Assembly (NCBI GenBank): GCA_043228905.1
Contig: JBHGNT010000017.1
Location: forward strand, 744,001-808,000
Length of the DNA: 64,000 bases
DNA from: Azolla caroliniana
Lineage: Eukaryota > Plantae > Polypodiophyta
Reading direction: 5' to 3'
The notes under the pieces were generated by a model. The model saw only the letters and a program-made list of their open reading frames with translations, had not been told where the DNA came from and made no database searches. The position numbers and the translations under genes were made by a program. Below are positions 13,677 to 24,600 of the stretch, in pieces. Positions within the stretch are counted from its first letter, which is position 1. Each line of letters begins with the position of its first letter.

Positions 13677-16633
13677 CTATAGCAATAGCTTGAAGTAGAA
13701 CTCGTGGTTCTTCCAACAACCATCTTCCTTGTATCTCTCATATAGATTCACATTACCATCATTGTAAACGGAAAAAATGATCATACTTCGTGTACCATAA
13801 GCACCCTGCAAAAATTCACAACATAACATGTCCTAAGCTAATGGTAATATCTGGTGTCTTAGGCAATTTTACAAAAATCTAGTTATATTTGTTTTAATTT
13901 GTTCTCCAAGATGAGACTTCATTTTACCGTGTAACCTTTAGTTCGATCTCGAACGCTATTTTAGCTTCTCAAAAGACGATAATATACAAGCCTTTCTTTC
14001 TCCATTTTGTTTAAAGAACAGGCAAGAAAAGAGAATAATATCAAGATTGGTAAAAATATTGTGATTAGAGTTAAGTACCATGGTTCCAATGGTATCGACA
14101 CAAATAGAACTTAGCTTGTGCTCCCACTCCATGGATTGCCCCGTTTTAGGTAAATATGCTGCATTAGCTTTCATATCGTCCATGAGTAATTCTTCAATGA
14201 CTCTTTCCTTTGGTATATTACAAGAATCACCTGCATCTTCAAGAAGATGTTCCATTATGGCCCTACCCCTTGATACCTGACAGATGCAAAGAAGAAAAAC
14301 ATATAATAAGATGTTCCATTATGTCCCAAAAATTGTTAGGGATGTTGTAGAAAAAACAACCCAGCAAGTTATGGGTGTTTCCATATTATTTTTGTCCAAT
14401 TATAGGAAATCCTTGAAGCTTCAAAAGAAGAACAAACATGCTTGCTACAGACTACTTTATAGATTTGAACTGACCTTGGGCCATGGTGTATTTAGTAACC
14501 CATTACAGAGCACGTGAAATCCAGGCTGAACTATGTGTGGTTTAATTGGATCTTCTTTCGGACGATTTGAAACATATGCCATTTCACCTCGGTGCAGGTC
14601 TACAACAATGAGATTAAATCCATTGTATTTGTGTCCTGATTTCGAAACCTCCTCTAAATACTCCAATGGCGCCTTTGTGCTCTAAAATTTCCATTACAAA
14701 AACTTCATTTTTTAGTTTTTTTCCTTCAATTTCCATGATTAAAAATTTACAGAGTAAATTAAATCAAGGGAAAATTACCTAGGCTCATACTTGTCAGATA
14801 TTAACAAATCGTTTCCCTTTCTCTTTAAAATTAGTGAAATATGTTCAAAGTTAAGGCCAACAAATTATAAAATGCTCTCTAATTTTAAAATGGGTATGCA
14901 CTGATTAGGAGGAAAAAAAAGTTGAATCTACCAATTACACTTCGAACCAGAATGTGGGTTCACACTAACTAGGAAAAACTCGGAAGTATAAGACTAATTA
15001 AGTGAGACTGTGGACTCTAAATTTATCATGTACCCTATGTTGTTATCTTCAGCACATGCTTAATTGTAATTCGTATCCTTCACCAAAGCATTTGTCTCTA
15101 ATACCTGAAACATGTACAGGATATTTATATAAAACAAATCCCCACATAAACAACACCTATAATAGTATTACAGTAGATCATAACTCTGAACCCCGAAATG
15201 ATATCCCCAACGACCTCAAATCCTAAAACTCAAAACCACCTTCAAGAAAGATACAATGAGCTCTCCTCTGCTGGATGGATTATCTAATTCAATAGTGTCG
15301 CGGAAAGTTGTAACAAGTGCAATTCGTCCACCATTGGTGCACCCGAACCATGTGCCGCCTTTCGTCAGATCTTTCCCTGCCAATATATTATCCTTCTCCT
15401 CCTCATACCACCAATGCACAGGCAGTGTTGGCCTGCATACATAGACGATAACAAAAAAATACTATCAAATGATCAATCAAGTGAAGCATAAAGCATTATA
15501 TGCTAAGAAAATTTGAAAATCTATGTGTGCACATTGAGGTACAAGTACAAAGACAAACCATCCCAGATACACATACACATACACATACACACATCCCATA
15601 TACATACACATACAAATGCAAATATTAACATATGGAAGTTTCCAACTTCATGACAAAATGAATCCACCCCCTACCCATGATTAAAGAGGACAAAGAAGAC
15701 TTGTACTTAATCATTTCTGCGAGAAAGGCAAAGAGCAGAAAAAGAAAACAACGTATAAGCATCAGTCTAAGAAAACAAGAAAGCAAAGCTGAGTTGTTTT
15801 CAAACGTATAAACATCAGTCTAAGAAAAAAGAAGAAAGCAAAGCTGAATTGTTTTCCCATATATAGCAAGTGAACATCATCTTTCTTTATATTTTGCAAG
15901 CATATCTAGCAAAAAGTCCATTTATACTTATTTTGTAAGAGTATGTAAATCCATACAATCAACATATTTCATAAAATGGATCAAATTGAGCTTGTTGTTG
16001 AATGTTTTATCATTTGACACAGCTATTCCAACTATGTTACACTATCAGCACATAACATACATTAATGATTTTAAGGTTTCCAAGGGGTTGACATGACCAT
16101 CTCAACCATGGTAAGCTACATGATTATAAACACACAATCTAATGACTGTATGGTCCCCAAGCAGTTAACATAGGCACTCAAGCCATGGTAAGCTATCCGG
16201 CTATCAACACAAGGCCATGGGTTTAAATTCTTATACTTTTGCACATCTTTGTCATATCACATGTCACTTCTCTCTTACTCTATATGCACATTGGTTGTAT
16301 CGAACTAATGACCTCATTGGCCCCTCCGAACAGTTGATACAGTAGACATATCATATACTGTCATATTTTAGTTTCTCTCTTTCATCTCTTTTGCAAGATC
16401 TATCATTCTCTTTCATCTCTCTCACACACTCTCTCTCTTTGATCACAGAAATATTGGGTGTAGAGAGATGATTCAAGTTCATGTTTTTTTAGATTAATCT
16501 CGTTCTTTGAAGCAGAGAAGTCAAACCAGGATGTGTTTGGTTCTTTTTACCTGGAGAGAACTTCATCTCGATTGAGAGCGAGATAGAATGGGTAAACAGG
16601 ATGAGACTGCCACAACATGAAAGCAATACACAT
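13677..16633 (-). CDS. TANGO2: TANGO2/DUF833 (NRDE) family protein, 269 aa, 5 exons
   Basis: Exons 16633-16551, 15432-15240, 14681-14475, 14276-14079, 13805-13677; all GT-AG and phase-compatible (810 nt). Motifs MCI..., ALNRDE, LAGKD..GGTW, YNGFNL, TPWPK, YGTRS. Confidence 0.93.
15750..15857. repeat. ~53-bp tandem duplication in TANGO2 intron 1
   Basis: aacgtataa.catcagtctaagaaaa..agaaagcaaagctga.ttgttttc occurs twice. Confidence 0.8.
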
Positions 16634-16839
16634 GATCTCTGTTCCTCCTCTGTTCCTACTACCACATGTGAGGGCACATGGCTATGCATAATATGTCTGT
16701 AAGACTGTATGTATGTATGTATGTGTATAGTTACCTCCATCAGAAAATGCGTTATATATACATACATATACATAAGTATAATAAGAACTATGTATGTATT
16801 TGTATACATAATTAGATGCTCAATGCGATGAAATCTCAA

Positions 16840-19599
16840 AATAGCGTCCAATAATCCAATAACTTTGCTTAATGACATCGATAAAATAGTAGCAAAGACT
16901 ATAGCCAATAGAATGCGATTGTTGCTTCCCTCGATTATACACGATACACAATCGGGATTGCATCGGCTCAACATCACAAACAATCCCTTGCTATAATATT
17001 GTTAGATTTTGAGAAAGCATACGATAAAGTAGATTGGAACTTTCTGGAGGCAGTTCTCTTAAGATTAGGGTTTCCAAGTGCATGGATAAAAGGTGTATGC
17101 ATTATATAGACATGCTTCTAGCTCGGTTCTAGCTCGGTTCTATTTTCTGGAGGCTATGGTACATTATTTCCAAATTCCAGATCTGTTAGACAAGGTTGTC
17201 CATTAGCACCTTTTCTGTTCATTTTATTTGGGGAAGCTCTATCATCTTTTATCATATCTTTGATGACGGCCATACAAGCAATAACCTTACCTATTGCAAA
17301 CTCGACAGTTCTTGTTGTTGAGTTTGTGGATGACACTGCTCTTTATATTCATGGAGATGTTATTAATCTTGATCAGGTACAGAATGCTTTGTAGATATTT
17401 TCAGATGCTACTGGAGCCTCTCTAATTGAAATAAATATGTAGGCATTTGGGTTAGTGATGAACCGCGTCCAACGTGGTATCCAGGCTCTGCATTCTGCTG
17501 GCTTAATCATGGGGAGCCACTCGTTACTTAGAATGTCTTGTTGGTATAGATTTACCATCTAAAGTGATGTTATCACTATTGTTGTTATGAATCAAGCGTA
17601 AGCTAGTATATTGGGACTCTCAATACATATCCTTTGCAAGTCGGGTTGTGATTGCAAATTCGGTGTTGTTGGCCTCAATGTGGTTTATCGCACTTGTTGA
17701 TTGTTCTCTAGGTCGGCTATCATGAAAGTTCAAAGCCTCATACGGAACTTCCTCTAGGGTGGAAAAATGGGTCTCGTGCAGTGACCAAGGTGGCATGGGA
17801 TATTTTGATTAGGCCCAAAAGCCAAGGAGGGTTGGCTTTAATAGACCCCTTGATGCAATCTCGAGCTCTCCTAACAAAGTTTGTAGTCAAAGGATTGTTA
17901 CTAGGGACAGAGACTTGGAAGGGTATGTTGCTTAATCAGTTGATGCAATTAACTCCCTGATTGCCTTCTTCAAAATGGATGTTCTTAACAGATGTACAGA
18001 CACCGAGATGGAATCTAACATCCAATAGATTTCTCCTAGGAATCATCAAAACATGGGATGTAATCAAGATTTTCTTACACAAACAAATGCTTAACATGTG
18101 GGATGGTTGGAGGAATCAATCGCTTTTGGCCAATTCTCGCATGTGGGATTTTGTTGGAAATGTATTGGGCCTTCAAACTCGTCTTACTTGGGGAAAACTT
18201 GATAACGGGCCAGTAGCATCAATGAGATCCTGGATTCATTTTCTGTAGATGCCAGAAGTGGATCGACTTAAGCAGTTACACTCGGTATTTGGGGCGAAGA
18301 CAATGCCATAAGATATTTTAGCAGCTTTCTCGTAGGCCTCGGCGCGACTTCAAGCAATGTAGGAGCAATATATGGTTTGGTTTCCTTACAAATGGTATGA
18401 TACTTTTTGTTAAAGGAATTTCTGCAGACGGATGTATTTTTTATTTCCATATTCAACAGGACAATAAATTGTAGCCTTATACACCCTTAGATAATTTACT
18501 ACAGAACCTGCTCGTTGTTCTAGTTAGGGTAATTGCCATGGTAAGAAATGACTACTGGATCCACAACTGTCAATAGCTCATTTGTGGGATATGCTCTAGT
18601 TATATGCACAACAATCAATTAGTAGGCTAATGTGGGACCTAGGGGTATGGTTTTGGACTAGTACCATGATGGATCCATTGCAGAAAGTTCCATTCTTTCT
18701 GTACATTGTGAAATTTGGCAGAACCTTGCTCATGTCAAAGAATATTCCAGCTCCTACTGCTCAAAAACATTGGAATAAGTGGGGTGTTTCAAGCATTCAT
18801 GTGAAGGCTTGTTGGAAATGGATTTGGTCTTTTAGGGAACCAACCAAATATATTCTCTTCAGGTGGCCTTTACAACATGCATCACTACTAGTAGGCCAGT
18901 CATTGAAAGGAGATGTGGCAACTGTTCTTGGACAATGTTGTTATTGTGGTGACATGTAGGAAACTACCAAACATGCTCTCTGGTCTTGCTCACTAGCCCA
19001 ACAAGTATGGAATAAAGTTCTTTCTTTATTCCTAACAATTAATGCAAGATGCCTCTTCGCCTGGGGATCAACAGTATGGAGGGGTCTCCATTCCAGTTTC
19101 TTGTTGTATGAGGCAAATGATGCTCTAGAGGATATGAAAGTCATCAACGGGCATCTAATTTTTGTCTCCCCTTTTCAACAACCACACAAGCAAATGCGTG
19201 CAACCCATGTATGGAAAACTATAGGAGAGCTTATGGAAGTATCGTTTACATTATGGATCTTATGGAAGTATCGTTGTAAAAGACAATATGGTTCCATAAT
19301 TCCTCTTCTCTCAGATATATTGCTGGAACTATAGGAGAGCTTATTAGCGATAGTGCATGGGCAATATGACAATATGTCAGGCTCTTCGGAGGTTGTTCTT
19401 AAGAAAAGGAAAAAAATACTGTAGTTATGGGGGAAGCCTCTATCATGGTCTCCTCTCAAGGACCGATTTGGAAATATCATCTGATTCACCCCTGGTCCTT
19501 GCCTTGACCATCTCTTTTGTATATAACACTCTTTGATTTTACATTATATAGCCTTTCAACGCTTTTCTTAATACTAATGAAGGAAATCATTTGGAAAAA
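16840..19599 (+). mobile_element. 5'-truncated L1-clade LINE (decayed ORF2: RT, zinc finger, A-tail)
   Basis: Motifs TLLN...KIVAK, DFEKAYDKV, SVRQGCPLAPFLF, EFVDD, PKSQGGL, CCYC...HALWSC, with many stops and frameshifts; A-run at ~19595; AAATCTCAA at 16831-16839 and 19600-19608 is a plausible TSD. Confidence 0.85.
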
Positions 19600-20459
19600 A
19601 AATCTCAATACGTAGTTTAATGGAAATTTGATTCTTGTACTCATACGAGGCATGGCCTGCTTATGATCATTTTGCTATTTCGTAAGGATATGTATGATGA
19701 TTTTTTGGCAAGTGTTTATAAACTTGCTTGTTTTGCTTTGGTAACTATAAATTTGGGGGAAGTAAAGGTTCTCTTTGATTAGCAAACCAAAGTTTTGGAT
19801 GCTTTTGTTATTTCAAAGACATAGTGCATGTTCACACTATGGACAAGAGGAGAGGAGGAGAAAAATGTGTTGGTTCAATTAGAAATCTTGTGTTTCAGAA
19901 CACGCGTCCAAACGAAAGCACCAAGAAGATTCCTCCTTTTTTTACATTGGAGTTCGCCATTACATGTTATCTTAAGCACACAAAAGATCATACGTTTTAG
20001 GGAGAATTAGAACTTATGACCTGCTTAATCATGTGCTACATCCATTTCAATTCAATATCATTCCATGTTCCACTCTTGTACTTCATGTTTATAACAGAAG
20101 TTTCCTTTTCCAAGTAAATATTATTTTTTACTTCGGGCGGAATCCTCTTTTTCATCTAGTTTGTCCAAAAAACTTATCAAGCTTTTCTTGTAACTATGAA
20201 TTCCTCTAGCAAACAAAATAATATGTGTGTGCCTTCTCAAATCTTCAGGGTCTCACAATCAATTTCATGGCACTACAAGAGAATGTGAGGTTTCTTTGAA
20301 GACTTTGTGATATGCGAATGTTGAGTATGCACAACCATATGAGGAGCTATCATCATGGGTTTAGCAATGAGAAGTAGTTTTGATTAACTTTGTGACAACA
20401 AACTTCGGGAGTATAAAATTCTCCAAATCATTCCAAGATAAGTCTCCAACAAAGTTAAA

Positions 20460-21530
20460 ATAGTACAATCACAATTCTGAGTTTTCTGGACCAAGTTTTT
20501 ACTCAAATGCATCCTACTTTTTACGTTTCACAAAGATTTGAGATAACTTACGGCAGTTATTAATAGATTAATATGATGTAATGACCATTATTGTTCAAGC
20601 AATGTTCGACTCATGTATACATGTCATGCCAAAGGTTAAAGTAGACTTATGTCCTTGACCACTTAGTATCATTTTCAAAATTTGTTCCATTTGATGGATA
20701 TCAAGGCAATTTTGTAATTTGTTGTTGGGGAGCATCGGCTAACATTGAGAAGCAATTACGTGAAGCAAAAATAGTTCGTTTTCATATTGTGGACATTTGA
20801 GGCACGTAACGGTGAATTGCCCCCACCAACCAAGAAGACAATTGTCATAGGTCCCTAGATAACATCAAAGTAATCATGCCATTATTTATCTTGAGATTTC
20901 CAAGACATACGTTCAAGTTCCTTAGTATTCATTGTAAGCACTATTTGGGCTATCATCTACAAAGTGACAACCAAACCAAAAATATAAACAAGATGTTATA
21001 GTTGTATCTTTGTTTTTTCATCATAGGTCAACCTATTACGTTTATGGAGTTTTCTTACAACAATTCAATACATTCCTTAGATGGAACATACTCAATTCTC
21101 TTCAAACATAGGTCATTATCCTTGCTAGACCTCTCAAAGAATCTAGATTTCAAGGATCGTCTAATTAAACTCTAAGAGCTTTGAATCAAAGCTTTTCATG
21201 GTTCGTTGTGGATCATAGTTGACTTGATTGAGACCATCATCAGGCCATCCGATAAGGTAGATTATCAAAGTCTTGGTCCGTTTGTAATCTCGAGCCATAT
21301 CAATGGTATTGCATGTTGTTTGGATGGTCACTTTCGAAGCTTTATTTATGATTCCAACTCTATTTCGGATTCATCTCCAACTCAGCTTACTGATGGTCAC
21401 GAAAGTGAGGTTTTGGACTGCAGATTTGCACGCAACCAAACTACATTCATTACATGTGTGGATTGGTTGGATTAAAAGCCTAGAGATGGACCTTGGAAAA
21501 CAGGCCGAAAATCTTTCGCAGAATCAGAAC
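20460..21530 (+). mobile_element. degenerate chromovirus-type Ty3/gypsy remnant (integrase C-terminus and chromodomain)
   Basis: RPSDKVDYQSLGPFVI...INGIA and EVLDCRF..NQ.....VDW......AENL resemble the GPF/GPY module plus chromodomain. Left boundary is approximate. Confidence 0.55.
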
Positions 21531-21534
21531 ATAA

Positions 21535-21593
21535 CAAAAGCTATAGAGATGCGCCCCCCCCCCCCCCCCCCCCCCCCGCAAAAGCTATAGAGA
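21535..21593. repeat. C24 homopolymer flanked by a 15-bp direct repeat
   Basis: caaaagctatagaga at 21535-21549 and 21579-21593; C-run at 21554-21577. Confidence 0.85.
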
Positions 21594-21736
21594 GAGCAAT
21601 GGGATCATATATTCATAAATTGCCCAAATTTACATTGGACAAACCTCTCAGTTTTATTGAGATGATTATTACCTCTCCTTAGGTTTATCTACCTCTACAT
21701 GATCTTCCGAAACAGAGCCAGAGTATAGATCAATCA

Positions 21737-24234
21737 ATGGCTATGGCTTCTCTGTCGAGCTTCTCTTCTGTTTGCTTTTCAAAACAAACCCTAATCTCAA
21801 CCACAGCCCATAGTGATTTGCAATTCAGAGGTGGAAGACTGTAACCCTCCTACTTCACCATTCCGCACAAAGTGACTTCTTATATTTTGTTCTTGTCTAC
21901 TTTTCTTGTTTTTCATTTCAGGTAATCGTGGCGTTTTCCTCAATTCTCGTCTTCAACCTCGACCTGTAATTTGCAGAGCTTCTGACAATGGTAAACCCTA
22001 AACAATAAGGAACCTTAACCATAATCCTAATCATTAAAATCTTAACCATAAACCCAAACTTTAACCCTAAATCAAGAAAGGTTGCAATTCCAAGTTTTTT
22101 TTCTTTCTTTCTAAATGCTAAAAAATAAAGGTTATCATCAATATGAACCATTAACCCTAAACCTAAATCTAAACCTAAACTAAGGGATGTTATAAGTATG
22201 AGTTTTTCGTTTTCAAAAGATTAAATTATAGTTAAAATACATACAGGTAAATACTACTATCTTTCAGAATGCCAAAAAATTATGGTTATCCGTAATCTGA
22301 ACTATAAATCCTAAACGTAAACCTAAGTAAGAGAGGTTGTATATATGAGTTTGTTCTTTTCGAAAGATGAAATTGTTGTTAAAATATGTATAGGTGAATC
22401 CAAAACCTTAAACTTTGATATGAACCTTAAGATTCACCCCTCAACAATAAGAGAATGCAATGTAGAGAGAGTTATGTATGCATCTAGGTTAAGTTTTTGT
22501 TTCTTTTTTATGTTTTCACTTAAGATATCGAGAAGGCAAGGAAGATTCAAACTAATGCCACACAACTTCTTGCTCAACTACTGAAGGCCGACAATGCTGA
22601 GCTCTTTGCACGTGAAAATGCCCAATCTCTAACCCAGGAATTCTTTGTGATTGCATCGACATATCTGTCCATGGTATTATGACTCTATTCCTTCAGAGTA
22701 AATGAAATGTTTTTACAATTGGTACAAGAGAATGTGAGAGCTCTATATTCATTCTTTTATTGTGGATTGGAACTTCTATGTACCTAGGATACGGGAATTA
22801 TTCCGTAGCTCAAAGGCATTGGCCCCTAGGTTGTGCAATGGCACCTGCATGTACATTACCTTTAGAAAGGGAGAATTGCCTTTAGGATGAAATAGGAATG
22901 TACCTGAACAAAAACAAACAACATTTGCATTTGTCCTTCGGAATATTCCCTTGGTTTAGACAATATGAAAATCAAGTTTATGCATCAATCGACAATCACC
23001 CAAAAGATGAGAATTTTGAAGGATTTGAATGTTACCTATGTCTCGAAATTGTATTTCAATATTGTTATCATTGTTTGCCCATACAATATATTTATGCGTG
23101 TTTGACATCCCTGAAAATAATTGCATTTGTCATGATGGTTTTCTCTTGTTTCCATTTTCTTTTCTATTCTGTACATTTCTGCCTTTTTTTGAGTAGTCTC
23201 AATTGACTTAATGCTTCAATCCTTTCAGCACTTTTTCATCCAACATTCCATCTGTTGCTTGGATATAAGTAAATAATAAAGACACATATATGTATATGTG
23301 ATATAATGAGCAGATGCATATCCAGCCAAAGATAGATCCATTATTAGCTCATGGATGGTCACTTGGTTAGCTGCAATCTGGATACAGATATGTCATTTTT
23401 CGCCTATTAAAAATGAACCGACATATTTGCCAAATTTCATCCCTGCATTTTCATCTTTGTATCCGTGATACATTAATATTTTGTTTTCTCCGCTTATCAT
23501 CTAAAAACTGATGATCTGATATTTCGTTGATTTTTCAATGTATAATTATCTTCATCTCCTGATTCCAAAGCTAGTGAATCATCATTGTTATATTGTAGAG
23601 TTGCCCGTAATGTCTTGTTATTTCATGGTTAGGAAGGCTAAAAAGGAAGGAAATCCTGAAGTAGTGAACCAACTTGAAACCACACTGAAGATAGCGATGC
23701 GGGAGAGGGAGAAGACTCTTCGACCTGAGATCCAATTGCTGAACCAGGTTTGTTGCTTTTCAATCTTTAAAGTAACATTTGAGGAAAACAATTGATGGGT
23801 AGCTAGTATTATTGTGATTATCAAAACATCCAATCATAAAGCAATCACAAGGCTCCCGTTTTTTATAGTAGCAGTGAATTTTGTTCTACAGAGGGTATTC
23901 TCATAAATTTTAAAACAATAGGGTGTATTTTTGGGGCCCCTAGTATATGTATATGTAGTATTAGGCAATGTATATATTATGCTTTGCTATTGGTGATTTG
24001 GCATAGCTTTTGAGAGACCAAGGAGCTGCAGAACGTGCAAGAACAATGGATACATTTTCAGAACATGTGAAACTCGATGGTTACTTCTTCCAAATCTTGA
24101 ATCGGATGACACTAGATGTTGAGAAACAACCCACAAGCCGGAGCAACCCTGATCAGGTGAAGCTTTTGTCTCAGCTTCGAGCTATTGACAAAGAAGCTCG
24201 AAACTTCTCGAAACAATCTACTACAAGGGATTAA
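21737..24234 (+). CDS. uncharacterised, probably plastid-targeted helical protein, 216 aa, 5 exons
   Basis: Exons 21737-21830, 21922-21990, 22525-22673, 23637-23747, 24007-24234; all GT-AG and phase-compatible (651 nt). N-terminus MAMASLSSFSSV... is Ser-rich and nearly free of acidic residues, ending VICRA (transit peptide-like). Mature part ...ASTYLSMAKKEGN...EKTLRPEIQLLNQLL...DGYFF. Confidence 0.8.
21993..22330. repeat. degenerate telomere-like (AACCCTA/AACCTA) repeats in intron 2
   Basis: aaaccctaaa, aaccttaaccataatccta, taaccctaaacctaaatctaaacctaaac. Confidence 0.6.
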
Positions 24235-24266
24235 CAAAAATAAAAGAAAAAAAGTATTATCTACTT

Positions 24267-24600
24267 TTTTCTTTTCTTTGGCACAATTTTGTTTTTTTAT
24301 TCTTGTAATATGATTATTATTTTTACTTTGTCTTTCATCTTATGTTTTGGTATTGGATCTACGATATGCTTATGATAGATCTAGAATAAGCCGTTGACTT
24401 CTTTTTATGGGGTTTTAATAGAATCTCTATAAACATTTTCTTTTCTTTGGCACACTTTTGTTTTTTTATTTATGTAATATGATTGTTATTTTTACTGTCA
24501 TTTCATCTTATGTTTTGGCATTGGGCCTATGATACACTCATGATAGATCTGGAATAAGCCCTTGACTTCTTTTTATGGGGTTTAAAAGAATCTCTATAAA
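24267..24600. repeat. ~168-bp tandem duplication in the 3' UTR region
   Basis: ttttcttttctttggcaca...gaatctctataaa at 24267-24433 and 24436-24600. Confidence 0.9.

Noticed and set aside
16489-16983. 164-aa minus-strand ORF
   Set aside because: It spans antisense LINE, AT-repeat and an off-frame reading of TANGO2 exon 1.
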